Assembly: GCA_964516435.1 (NCBI GenBank) | Contig: CAZEZP010000051.1 | Location: 6,467 to 70,466, forward strand | DNA: 64,000 nucleotides | DNA from: an uncultured Kofleriaceae bacterium | GTDB taxonomy: Bacteria > Myxococcota_A > Polyangia > HGW-17 | Reading direction: 5' to 3' | Shown: positions 22,226 through 31,527 of the stretch, piece by piece | How the letters are laid out: each line of letters starts with the position of its first letter | Numbering within the stretch: position 1 is the first letter of the stretch | Translations under genes and position numbers: made by a program | The notes under the pieces: generated by a model | Seen by the model: only the letters and a program-made list of their open reading frames with translations | What the model was told of the DNA's origin: nothing | Databases searched by the model: none

Positions 22226-23037
22226 ACATCCACGACACGCACGCCCACCTGCTCTTCCCCCAACTGGCCTCGCGGCTGGACGAGGTGCTCGAAAATGCCC
22301 GACGCGCCGGGGTGCGGCGCATCACCGTACCTGCGCTGGGTCCCGAACCGACGGAATTGCACCGTGCCCTGGAACTGGCCGCGCGCATCCCCGGAATCAC
22401 CGTCATCGCCGGCATCCACCCGCACCAGGCCGCGCAGGCGGATGCGGCATTTTTCGACCTCGTGGCGGCGAACCGGGAAAAGTTGGCGGCGTGGGGGGAA
22501 ATCGGCCTGGATTTCCACTACGATTTCAGCCCGCGCGGCGTGCAGGTGGAAGTCTTCGCCCAGCAACTGGATGCCGCCTGGCAATCGAATCTTCCCGTGG
22601 TGCTGCACATCCGCGAGGCCCATGAGGAAGCCCTCGAACTGCTGCAGTCCCACCCGGTGCGGGAAGGCTCGGTGGTGCACTGCTTCACCGGCGATGCCGC
22701 CGTGGTCCGCCGATGGCTGGACCGGGGCTTCTTCATCAGTTTCTCGGGCATCGTCACCTTCCCGCGCGCTGCGGAAGTGCGCCAGGCCGCGCGCCAGGTG
22801 CCCCGGCCGCGCCTGCTGGTGGAAACCGATGCCCCCTACCTGGCGCCGCAGCGCCACCGGGGGCGCACGTGCGAGCCGGCCTTCGTGCGGGAAACCCTGT
22901 TCGAACTGGCCGCCCTGCGCCAGGAAGACCCCGAAGCCCTGGCCGCGGCCCTCTGGGAAAATGCCCAGACTTTCCTCGCCGGTTCCGACGCCTGCCTTCC
23001 GGAGGTGATTCCCCATGATCCTCATGGCCATCCTTGA
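22222..23037 (+). CDS. tatD: TatD-family metal-dependent hydrolase (DNase)
   Basis: N-terminal DTHAHL and downstream metal-binding segments (LHIREAHEE, VHCFTGD, ETDAPYL) follow the TatD/YabD pattern. Confidence 0.9.
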   Translation: MNIHDTHAHLLFPQLASRLDEVLENARRAGVRRITVPALGPEPTELHRALELAARIPGITVIAGIHPHQAAQADAAFFDLVAANREKLAAWGEIGLDFHYDFSPRGVQVEVFAQQLDAAWQSNLPVVLHIREAHEEALELLQSHPVREGSVVHCFTGDAAVVRRWLDRGFFISFSGIVTFPRAAEVRQAARQVPRPRLLVETDAPYLAPQRHRGRTCEPAFVRETLFELAALRQEDPEALAAALWENAQTFLAGSDACLPEVIPHDPHGHP

Positions 23038-23953
23038 ACTCGTCAGCGGCTTCGTCCTGCTGGTCCTCGGCGCCCAGGGTCTCGTCGCCGGCGCCGCTTC
23101 CCTGGCCGTTCAACTGGGCATTTCGGCTGCCGTGGTCGGGCTGACCGTAGTCGCCTACGGCACGTCGCTCCCTGAAGCCACAGTAAGCGCTCTGTCGGCT
23201 CTCTCCGGAAATTCGGAGATTGCGCTGGGCAACGTCGTAGGCTCCAACATCGCCAACATCGGCCTGATCATCGGCCTTGCCGCCCTGATACGCCCCATGC
23301 CCGTGGACATTGCCTTCCTGAAGCGCGATTCCCCCATTCTGGGCGTCGTCACGCTGCTGCTCATCCTCTTCCTGCTGGATGGGGAAATCGTCCGCTGGGA
23401 AGGGCTCTGCCTGCTGGCTGGCGGGATTTTCTACACTCTGTTCCTGATCATCTCTTCCCGCAAGGGTTCCCAGGTCGCCACCGAAGAAGTTCCCGACATC
23501 CGCAGCCGGAAAAAGCAGATCGCCTTCATCATCGGGGGACTCGCCCTGCTGCTGGGAGGCGGAAAACTCTGCGTCTCGGGTGCCGTGGACATCGCCTCGG
23601 CACTGGGCATGTCCGAACGCGTCATCGGCCTGACCATCGTAGCCGTGGGCACCTCGCTCCCGGAACTGGCGGCCAGCCTGGTGGCCGCATGGAAAAAGCA
23701 GTCCGACATCGCTCTGGGCAACATCCTGGGCTCCAACATCTTCAACGTCCTGTTCGTTCTGGGCTTAAGCACCGCCATCGCCGCCATCCGCGTCCCCACC
23801 GGACTGCGCCTGAACATCGATCTGGCCGTGATGGTAGGATTCACCGTGGCGTTCGGAGTGTTCATGTTCACACTGCGCCGCGTGACGCGGTGGGAAGGGC
23901 TGCTGCTGCTGGCGGGATATGCCGCCTACACGGGGTATCTGCTGCAGACGTGA
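23015..23953 (+). CDS. yrbG: Ca2+/Na+ antiporter, CaCA family (YrbG-like)
   Basis: Two alpha-repeat motifs GLTVVAYGTSLPE and GLTIVAVGTSLPE, about 10 TM helices. The start overlaps the tatD 3' end by 23 nt. Confidence 0.85.
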   Translation: MILMAILELVSGFVLLVLGAQGLVAGAASLAVQLGISAAVVGLTVVAYGTSLPEATVSALSALSGNSEIALGNVVGSNIANIGLIIGLAALIRPMPVDIAFLKRDSPILGVVTLLLILFLLDGEIVRWEGLCLLAGGIFYTLFLIISSRKGSQVATEEVPDIRSRKKQIAFIIGGLALLLGGGKLCVSGAVDIASALGMSERVIGLTIVAVGTSLPELAASLVAAWKKQSDIALGNILGSNIFNVLFVLGLSTAIAAIRVPTGLRLNIDLAVMVGFTVAFGVFMFTLRRVTRWEGLLLLAGYAAYTGYLLQT

Positions 23954-24018
23954 TTTCCTCTTTTTGCGTGCCCTGCGCCGTAAAATCTGCTAGAAACCAG
24001 CTTCCAGCGGAGGTGGAA

Positions 24019-25137
24019 ATGCTTCCCGACAGTTTCGAAATCAACCAACTCCACAACAATCTCAAGGACCGGCTGGACAAGGTGCGCCGACTCCTGCGCG
24101 TGGAAGAAAACCGCAAGCGCGCGGCCGAACTGGAACAGGCCACGCTGGACACCGATTTCTGGAACCAGAAGGAGAAGGCGCAGGCCGTCATGCGGGAGTT
24201 GGCCGACTGCAAGAACAAGGTGGAAACCTTCGAGAAACTCACGCATGCACTGGAAGATGCGCTGACGTTCATTGAAATCGGCCGCGAGGAGAAGGACGAT
24301 TCCACCGTGATGGAAGGCTGGCAGGCCATGCAGGGCGTGGAAAGCGAACTGCAGAAGGTGGAACTGCAGCAGATGCTCTCCGGCGAGATGGACAACAACA
24401 ACGCCATCCTGAACATCAATGCGGGAGCCGGCGGCGTGGACGCGATGGACTGGGCGGAAATGCTGCAGCGGATGTATCTGCGCTACGCCCAGCGCATGAA
24501 CTTCAAGGCGACGCTGCTCGATGTCAACCCCGGCGCGGAAGCCGGCATCATGAACTGCTCGATCCTGATCGAAGGCCCCTATGCGTACGGCTATCTGAAG
24601 GCGGAATCGGGCGTGCACCGGCTGGTGCGCATTTCCCCGTTCGACGCCAATGCACGCCGGCACACCAGTTTCGCCAGCGTCCTGGTGACCCCGGACCTGG
24701 ACGACGCCATCGAAATCGAAATCCGCGAGGAGGACCTGCGCGTGGATGTCTACCGCTCCTCGGGCGCCGGCGGCCAGCACGTGAACAAGACCGAAAGCGC
24801 CGTGCGCATCACCCACATCCCCACCGGCTGCGTGGCGGCCTGCCAGAACGAACGCAGCCAGTTCCAGAACAAGGCCACGGCCATGCGCATGCTGCGCTCG
24901 CAACTGTATCAACTCAAGTTGCGCGAACAGGAAGAGCGCATGGAAAACATCATCGGAACCAAACAAAAGATTGATTTTGGCTCTCAAATCCGCTCCTACG
25001 TGCTAGCGCCCTACCAACTGGTGACCGACCACCGCACCGACCTGAAAATCGGCAACGTGGATGCCGTGCTGGATGGGGATCTGCAGCCTTTCATCACGGC
25101 TCTGCTGGTACAGCGCCAAGAAGAAAGAAACGCATGA
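24019..25137 (+). CDS. prfB: Peptide chain release factor 2
   Basis: SPF tripeptide (RISPFDA), GGQ motif ([23 protein letters not shown]), full-length in one frame. No in-frame UGA and no CUU-UGA frameshift site at the position corresponding to codon 25-26. Confidence 0.9.
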   Translation: MLPDSFEINQLHNNLKDRLDKVRRLLRVEENRKRAAELEQATLDTDFWNQKEKAQAVMRELADCKNKVETFEKLTHALEDALTFIEIGREEKDDSTVMEGWQAMQGVESELQKVELQQMLSGEMDNNNAILNINAGAGGVDAMDWAEMLQRMYLRYAQRMNFKATLLDVNPGAEAGIMNCSILIEGPYAYGYLKAESGVHRLVRISPFDANARRHTSFASVLVTPDLDDAIEIEIREEDLRVDVYRSSGAGGQHVNKTESAVRITHIPTGCVAACQNERSQFQNKATAMRMLRSQLYQLKLREQEERMENIIGTKQKIDFGSQIRSYVLAPYQLVTDHRTDLKIGNVDAVLDGDLQPFITALLVQRQEERNA

Positions 25138-26651
25138 GCCCGATCTCCGCGTTCGAAAGCACCGTCGCTTTCCGTTACCTGCGCTCAGAGCGTCCCCACG
25201 GGCTCGTGCTCGCGACGGCGCTGGCGATGCTGGCTGCGGGCATCCTGCTCCTGGCGGCGGCGGGAGCCTTCGGAACGGCGCCGGCCTTCCTGTCCTTCCT
25301 TCCGCACGGCCTCTCCTACTACGGCGGGCTGATCCTGACCTCCGCCGGCACGGCCGTTCTGCTGTTCTCCCTGATTCTCCTGTTCTTCAACGTGTATTCC
25401 ACCATCTCCATTTTCGGCGTGTTTCTCGGCACGGCCACCATGGTGGTGGTGCTTTCCGTGCTCGGCGGGCTGGAAAGCGAGCAGATGCGCCAGATCGTGA
25501 GTTTTTCTCCGCACGTGGTCATTACGCGCCCGGGCGAGGAACGCATCGACAATGCCGCAGCCGTTTCTGAAAAAATCCGGGAATTCCTCGCATCATCCGG
25601 CTTCGCGGCCGTCGTGGCGCCCTTCGTGGAAGAAGAGGTGCTGCTCAAGACAGTGGGGCTGGAAGCCTCCCAGGGCGTGCTGCTGCGCGGAGTGGATCCG
25701 GACAATCCGACGTTCGACCTGGAAACCTACATGCGCGCGGGAACACTGCGCAACCTGGCCCACGAAGCCCCCGTGAAATGGCTCGACGCCCAGGTGGCCT
25801 ATGGCTCCTACAGCATGGCCGGGGACGGCTATTCCTTCATTCCGCCATGGCCGGAAGATCTGCCCGGCATCATCATCAGTTCCGAACAGTCGCGCACGCT
25901 GGGGCTCTCCCTCGGCCAGACGGTGGACGTCATCAGCCCGCGCGGCACCATGACCCCCATGGGACCGGCGCCCAAACTGATCCGTTTCCGCGTGGCCGGC
26001 ATCTACGCCACGAAATACTTCAAATACGACCTTCGCTATGCATTCACCACACTGGAACATGCCCGCAAGTTTTCGGCGAAGGCCGAACAGTTGACCGGGT
26101 GGGAACTGCGCCTTTTTGACACGGGAGACATCGACGCGGCCGCCGCCGGCCTCGCCCGCACCCTGGGCAGGGATTACGTGGTGGGCACATGGAAGACCCA
26201 GAACCGCGCCCTGTTTTCCGCCATGAAACTGGAGCGGATCGTGATGTTCCTCATCCTGTCGGTCATCGTCCTGGTGGCGGTCTTCTCGATCACGGCCAAC
26301 CTCATCATGGTGGTCATCGACAAGCAGCCCGAGATTTCCATCCTCAAGTCGCTGGGGGCGACGGACGAATCCATCCGGCGGGTCTTCATGCTGCAGGGCG
26401 TATTCATCGGCGCGCTGGGACTCGCGCTGGGACTCGCGGCCGGGCTGGGCGTCTGCATCTACCTGGCCACGGTGGGGATCCGCATGTCCGAAAACATCTT
26501 CCTTTCCGCACGCATCCCCGTTTCCGTCAGCGGCGTGGACATCGTGGTCATTTCGGCGTCCTCGCTCCTGCTGGCCCTGCTGGCGACCCTCTATCCGGCG
26601 CACAAGGCCGCCCACCTCTCCCCCGTGGAAGGACTGACCGCCGAAGAATGA
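25134..26651 (+). CDS. FtsX-family ABC transporter permease (LolC/LolE / MacB-like)
   Basis: Four TM helices with a large periplasmic domain between TM1 and TM2. C-terminal FtsX motif region (FSITANLIMVVIDKQPEISILKSLGATDESIRRVFMLQGVFIGALG). Start overlaps the prfB stop. No cognate ATPase gene adjacent. Confidence 0.75.
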   Translation: MSPISAFESTVAFRYLRSERPHGLVLATALAMLAAGILLLAAAGAFGTAPAFLSFLPHGLSYYGGLILTSAGTAVLLFSLILLFFNVYSTISIFGVFLGTATMVVVLSVLGGLESEQMRQIVSFSPHVVITRPGEERIDNAAAVSEKIREFLASSGFAAVVAPFVEEEVLLKTVGLEASQGVLLRGVDPDNPTFDLETYMRAGTLRNLAHEAPVKWLDAQVAYGSYSMAGDGYSFIPPWPEDLPGIIISSEQSRTLGLSLGQTVDVISPRGTMTPMGPAPKLIRFRVAGIYATKYFKYDLRYAFTTLEHARKFSAKAEQLTGWELRLFDTGDIDAAAAGLARTLGRDYVVGTWKTQNRALFSAMKLERIVMFLILSVIVLVAVFSITANLIMVVIDKQPEISILKSLGATDESIRRVFMLQGVFIGALGLALGLAAGLGVCIYLATVGIRMSENIFLSARIPVSVSGVDIVVISASSLLLALLATLYPAHKAAHLSPVEGLTAEE

Positions 26652-26711
26652 AGGAAGCGGCATCCGCACGCGGCCAGTCCGGGAAACGGCAGCGACCCGA
26701 AGACGTCCTGC

Positions 26712-26731
26712 ATGCATGAAATTTCATGCAT
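26712..26731. promoter_or_regulatory. Perfect 20-bp palindrome ATGCATGAAATTTCATGCAT in the AT-rich pnp leader
   Basis: Seen directly. It lies in the 200-bp intergenic region, about 120 nt upstream of the pnp start codon. Candidate operator or an RNase III-type autoregulatory stem for pnp. Confidence 0.5.
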
Positions 26732-26852
26732 ATCCCCGAAATAGCCGTTTTCTCTTTTGATGGAAAGCAGTATAAAGGCACCAGCTGAAGGATGTTTTTT
26801 TGAAGTATGTTGTGCATAAAATTCTGAACAAGGAAAGACGAAGGAAACAACC

Positions 26853-28970
26853 ATGATCGTGAAGGAAAGCATTTTGCTCAATGACAAGGAACTCACCATC
26901 GAAACCGGCAAAATCGCCCGACAGGCGGATGGCGCCGTGACGGTTCGCCTGGGGGATTCCATGGTGCTGGTCACCGTGGTGGCTGCCAAGACCGCCAAGC
27001 CGGAAACCGACTTCCTCCCACTGACGGTGGATTACATCGAGAAGAGCTATGCAGCCGGCCGCATTCCGGGGAACTTCTTCCGCCGGGAAGGCCGCCTGAG
27101 CGAGGCCGAGATCCTGACTTCCCGCCTCATCGACCGCCCCCTGCGCCCGCTGTTCCCAGAAGGCTGGTTCTATGAGACCCAGATGGTGGCCACGGTGCTT
27201 TCGCACGACCAGAGCCAGCCGACCGAGCCGCTGGCGCAGATTGGCGCCTCCATGGCGCTGATGCTTTCGGACATCCCGTGGAACGGGCCCGTGGCCGGCG
27301 TGCAGATCGCGCGCGTGGACGGGAAATTCATTCCCTGGCCCACCATGGAGCAACTGGAAAAATCGGACATGGACATCAATCTCGTGGCCTCCCGCAATGC
27401 CATCGTGATGGTGGAGGGCGAACTGAACAACCTCGACGAGGCCACGCTGCTCGACGCCCTGTATTTCGGGCACCAGGCCGTGCAACCCGTGCTGGACGTG
27501 CAGGAGAAGATGGCCCGGGCGCTGGGGAAGCCCAAGCGGCCCGTTCCCGTGGTCGAAAAGGACGAGGCGCTGCTGGCCCGCGTGCGCGAGACGGCCACCG
27601 ACCGGCTGATCTCCGCGCTGTCCAACCGCGAGAAACTGGCCCGCTACGCGGCGCTGGATGAGGTCAAGAAAAGTGTCGTGGCGGAACTGGCCGGCGAATT
27701 CCCGGGCAAGGAGAAGGCCATCGCGGCCGCGCTGGAAGACCTCAAGTACGAGATGGTGCGCTCGCTGATCATCCATGAGAAGAAACGCCTGGATGGACGC
27801 TCGCTCACGGACATCCGGCCCATCACCTGCGAGGTGGGGCTGCTGCCGTGCGCCCATGGCAGCGCCCTGTTCACCCGCGGTGAAACCCAGGCCCTGGTGA
27901 CCACGACGCTGGGATTCGGCGCCGACAACCAGAAGCTCGACCTGCTCACCGGCGAAGAATTCCGCACCTTCATGCTGCATTACAATTTCCCTCCGTTCTC
28001 CGTGGGCGAGGTGCGCCCCATGCGCGGCCCCGGGCGGCGTGAAATCGGACACGGGCATCTGGCCATGCGGGCCCTGTCCAAGGTCCTGCCCGACGAGGAG
28101 AAATTCCCCTACGTCATCCGGGTGGTCTCCGAAATCACCGAAAGCAACGGTTCCTCGTCCATGGCCACCGTATGCGGCGGCACGCTCTCCCTGATGGACT
28201 GCGGCGTCCCCATTTCGGCGCCCGTTGCCGGCATCGCCATGGGCCTCATCCAGGAGGGCGACGACGTGGCCGTCCTGTCCGACATCCTGGGCGACGAGGA
28301 TCACCTCGGCGACATGGACTTCAAGGTGGCCGGCACCGCCACGGGCATCACCGCCATCCAGATGGACATCAAGGTCATGGGGCTCACGCGGGAAATCATG
28401 GCGCGCGCCATCGAGCAGGCCCGGGCGGGGCGGTTGCACATCCTCGAGAAGATGACCGCCGTGCTGCCGGCGCCGCGGCCGGAACTGCCGCCGCATGCCC
28501 CGCGCGTGTACACGATCCAGATCCACCCCGACAAGATCCGGGACCTCATCGGCCCCGGCGGCAAGATGATCAAGTCCCTCGTGGACGAATCCGGCGCCAA
28601 GATCAATGTCGAGGACTCCGGCCTGGTGAGCATCGCCACGTCCGACGAGCCCGCCGCCCAGTGGGTGCTGCGCCGCATCCGCGCCATCTGCGCGGAGCCC
28701 GAGGTCGGGCGCGTGTACGCCGGCGTGGTCACCCGCATCATCGACAAGACGGGCGCCATCGTGGAAATCCTGCCCGGCACCGACGGCATGGTGCACATCA
28801 GCGAACTGGCGCCCAACCGGGTCAACGCGGTCGAAGACGTGGTCAAGGAAGGCGACCGCGTCAACGTGCTCCTGATGGAAATCGACCGCGCCAAGGGGCG
28901 GCTCAAGCTCTCGCGCAAGCGGGCGCTGGATGCCGATCCCGAGACCATCATCCATGGACTGGACGAATGA
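26853..28970 (+). CDS. pnp: Polynucleotide phosphorylase
   Basis: 705 aa. Two RNase PH domains, then KH (IRDLIGPGGKMIKSL) and S1 (GRVYAGVVTRIIDKTGAIVEI) domains. The N-terminus MIVKES...IETGKIARQADGAV is typical of PNPase. Confidence 0.95.
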   Translation: MIVKESILLNDKELTIETGKIARQADGAVTVRLGDSMVLVTVVAAKTAKPETDFLPLTVDYIEKSYAAGRIPGNFFRREGRLSEAEILTSRLIDRPLRPLFPEGWFYETQMVATVLSHDQSQPTEPLAQIGASMALMLSDIPWNGPVAGVQIARVDGKFIPWPTMEQLEKSDMDINLVASRNAIVMVEGELNNLDEATLLDALYFGHQAVQPVLDVQEKMARALGKPKRPVPVVEKDEALLARVRETATDRLISALSNREKLARYAALDEVKKSVVAELAGEFPGKEKAIAAALEDLKYEMVRSLIIHEKKRLDGRSLTDIRPITCEVGLLPCAHGSALFTRGETQALVTTTLGFGADNQKLDLLTGEEFRTFMLHYNFPPFSVGEVRPMRGPGRREIGHGHLAMRALSKVLPDEEKFPYVIRVVSEITESNGSSSMATVCGGTLSLMDCGVPISAPVAGIAMGLIQEGDDVAVLSDILGDEDHLGDMDFKVAGTATGITAIQMDIKVMGLTREIMARAIEQARAGRLHILEKMTAVLPAPRPELPPHAPRVYTIQIHPDKIRDLIGPGGKMIKSLVDESGAKINVEDSGLVSIATSDEPAAQWVLRRIRAICAEPEVGRVYAGVVTRIIDKTGAIVEILPGTDGMVHISELAPNRVNAVEDVVKEGDRVNVLLMEIDRAKGRLKLSRKRALDADPETIIHGLDE

Positions 28971-31477
28971 AGACCGACTGGCGCAAGCTCATCGACGACT
29001 GGTTCGACAACTCCGACACGGCGAGCGTGCTCCTGGAGCCCCTCCTGGGGCCGCGCCTGTGGATTTCCGATGAGGATCGCGACCGGCTCCTGTCGGTTTC
29101 CGCGACGCCCCTGTACGTGTTCCGGGCGGCGTCCGAACTGGACTACATCGTGCTGACCCTCCTGCTGCGCCGGCTGGGCCTCCCGGTCCCGCGCGTCCAC
29201 CACCCCTCGTTCCTGCTGGTGCCCTCGGCTACCCGCTGGTTCGACAAGGTGGTGGGCAGGGTACTTCCCGACCGGCAGAATGCCGTATCGCATGCCGTGT
29301 CCCGCGTGATGCGCGGCCAGTGCGCCTATGTGGCCCTGTTCGCCCACGACCCCGCATCGGAAAGTGCCGAACCCCTGGGCGAACCTTTCTTCGCCAACCT
29401 GCTGGCCGAAATGCGCGCATCCGTGGGCGAAGATCGTCCGCTGACCCTGGTTCCGGTGGTCCTGATCTGGAACAAGAAGGGCGTGCGCAGCGACGACGAG
29501 CCCCGGCTGCTGCGGCGGCTGCTCGGAGATCCCGAAATTCCGGGGCGCCTGCGGGCGCTGGTGCAGGCAGCATCTTCGCTCGGGCGCCCTTCGGTGAAGG
29601 TGGGCGAGCCGCTGGATCTCCAGGCGTGGCAGCAGCTTTTCGCGGATCGCCTCCCTTCGGATGCCGCGAGCCTCCTGGTGCGAGAACTCGACGAGCGCAT
29701 CGAAAACGAGTGGCGTCTCCAGTTGGGACCGAAACTGCGGCCCTTCTCGGCCATCCAGCGGGAACTCGCGCGCAATCCCGAGGTGGTGGCCGCCTACTAC
29801 CAGGCCATCCGGGACGGCATGCCCCCCCGCCAGGCGCGCAAGGAACTGCGCGAGGCACTGGAAGAAATCCCGGCAGCGCCCGCTACTTGGACGCTCTCCA
29901 TGTACAAGGGCGTTCTGCGCATCGTCTGGGAGCGCATGTTCCGCGGCTTCGACGTGGATCACGCCGGCTTTTCCGCCATGCGGGATGCGGCCCACCGGGG
30001 GCCGCTGCTGCTGCTGCCGTGCCACCGCAGCCACATGGACTATCTGATCCTGTCGTGGCTCATGGAACGATACGACCTGCCCATTCCGCACATCGCGGCT
30101 GGCAAAAATCTTTCATTCTGGCCCATGGGTCCCATTTTCCGCCGGGGCGGCGCCTTCTTCATCCGACGCTCCTTCAAGGGCAACAAACTCTACAAGACCA
30201 TTCTCCTGGAATACCTGGCCATGCTGATCCGCTCCGGGGTCAACGTGGAATTCTTCCCCGAGGGAACGCGTTCCCGCACGGGCAAGGCCGTATATCCCCG
30301 CACGGGACTTCTGGCCATGATCGCCGAACTGGTGGCTACGGGCCGCGTGCCTTCGCCCCAGGTGGTCCCCATCGCCGTGGGGTATGAAAAGGTGGTCGAG
30401 GAAGACGCCTATCTCCGGGAAATGGAAGGACGCCCCAAGGAAGATGAAAACCTGGGACAACTGATGAAGGCGGCTTTCGTTCTCCTGGAACGCTATGGGC
30501 GGGTCAACGTCCAGGTGGCACCGCCCTTCGACATGGCCGAATTCCTGGGCCCGCTGGACCCGGCGTCCGATGCATTCAAGCAGCGCGTCGAGCAGTTGGG
30601 TCTTCGGGTGATTGCCGACATCGTGTCCGTTTCGGTGGTCACCCCCACCATGCTCACGGCGGCGGCGCTCCTGGCCACGGGAGAAAACGTGTGCGCCCTC
30701 GCCGACGTGGAAGAGCGCTTCCGGTTCTTCCGGGAACTGGCCATCGCCTGCGGCGTGCGGCTTTCGCGCAAGTTGACCGAGGAGACCATGTGGCGCCGCG
30801 CGTTTTCGGACAGTCTGCGCTATCTCTCGTCGTCCATCCAGATGCAGGGCGCCCGCGTGCTGATCCTGCAGAAGCGGCGCGGAACGCTGGCCTATTATCG
30901 CAATGGCTTCTCCCAGACGGTGGTGCAGGCCTGCGTGCATGCCGCCGACATCCACGCGCCGGCACGCGGGCGGGTGCGGGGACAGGATCTGCGCGCGTGG
31001 CTGCGGCGGGAGTTTCCGCAATTCGCCATGGAAACGCCGCCGAAACTGCCGGAGGAAGCCGTCCGCTTCGTGGGCGGGCTCAATGCCGTCCAGAACGGCT
31101 GGATCCTGTCGCTGGTAGCCGACATCGTGGAAAGCCAGAAACTGGTCTGCGAACGTCTGGCCCTCCTGGTGCGCGACAAGACGGCAGAACGCAGATGGAC
31201 AGCCCGCCAGATCGTGCAGGAGGTGCGCGCCCACGGAAAAACGCAACTGCGCAAGGCGCAACTGGCGCGCGCCGAAAGCCTCGCCGCGCAGGGGATCGCC
31301 GAAACCGTGGAATGGCTGGTGGAAGAAGGCCTCCTGGCCCGGGACGAATCCGGAAAAGCCTGGCGTTTCGCGCTGGAGCCGGATGCGGCCGCCGCGGCCT
31401 TCCACCGCCAGGCCCGCCTGCGCCACATCTGGCTGGAACACGTCCGCCGCCTGCTCGCGGCGAATGCCCCCCGCTGA
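28967..31477 (+). CDS. plsB: Glycerol-3-phosphate acyltransferase (PlsB-type)
   Basis: 836 aa. Acyltransferase HX4D motif in the PlsB context (LLLPCHRSHMDYLILSW), FFPEGTRSRTGK motif, length and layout like E. coli PlsB. ATG overlaps the pnp stop (ATGA). Confidence 0.85.
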   Translation: MKTDWRKLIDDWFDNSDTASVLLEPLLGPRLWISDEDRDRLLSVSATPLYVFRAASELDYIVLTLLLRRLGLPVPRVHHPSFLLVPSATRWFDKVVGRVLPDRQNAVSHAVSRVMRGQCAYVALFAHDPASESAEPLGEPFFANLLAEMRASVGEDRPLTLVPVVLIWNKKGVRSDDEPRLLRRLLGDPEIPGRLRALVQAASSLGRPSVKVGEPLDLQAWQQLFADRLPSDAASLLVRELDERIENEWRLQLGPKLRPFSAIQRELARNPEVVAAYYQAIRDGMPPRQARKELREALEEIPAAPATWTLSMYKGVLRIVWERMFRGFDVDHAGFSAMRDAAHRGPLLLLPCHRSHMDYLILSWLMERYDLPIPHIAAGKNLSFWPMGPIFRRGGAFFIRRSFKGNKLYKTILLEYLAMLIRSGVNVEFFPEGTRSRTGKAVYPRTGLLAMIAELVATGRVPSPQVVPIAVGYEKVVEEDAYLREMEGRPKEDENLGQLMKAAFVLLERYGRVNVQVAPPFDMAEFLGPLDPASDAFKQRVEQLGLRVIADIVSVSVVTPTMLTAAALLATGENVCALADVEERFRFFRELAIACGVRLSRKLTEETMWRRAFSDSLRYLSSSIQMQGARVLILQKRRGTLAYYRNGFSQTVVQACVHAADIHAPARGRVRGQDLRAWLRREFPQFAMETPPKLPEEAVRFVGGLNAVQNGWILSLVADIVESQKLVCERLALLVRDKTAERRWTARQIVQEVRAHGKTQLRKAQLARAESLAAQGIAETVEWLVEEGLLARDESGKAWRFALEPDAAAAAFHRQARLRHIWLEHVRRLLAANAPR

Positions 31478-31527
31478 ATGCCTCTCATGGAAACGCGAAC
31501 CGCTTCTGCAGCAAGGTCCATGCATCG

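Noticed and set aside
24019-25137. Programmed +1 frameshift in prfB
   Set aside because: The single frame is uninterrupted from the ATG at 24019 to the stop, and no internal TGA or CTT TGA motif exists at the expected site.
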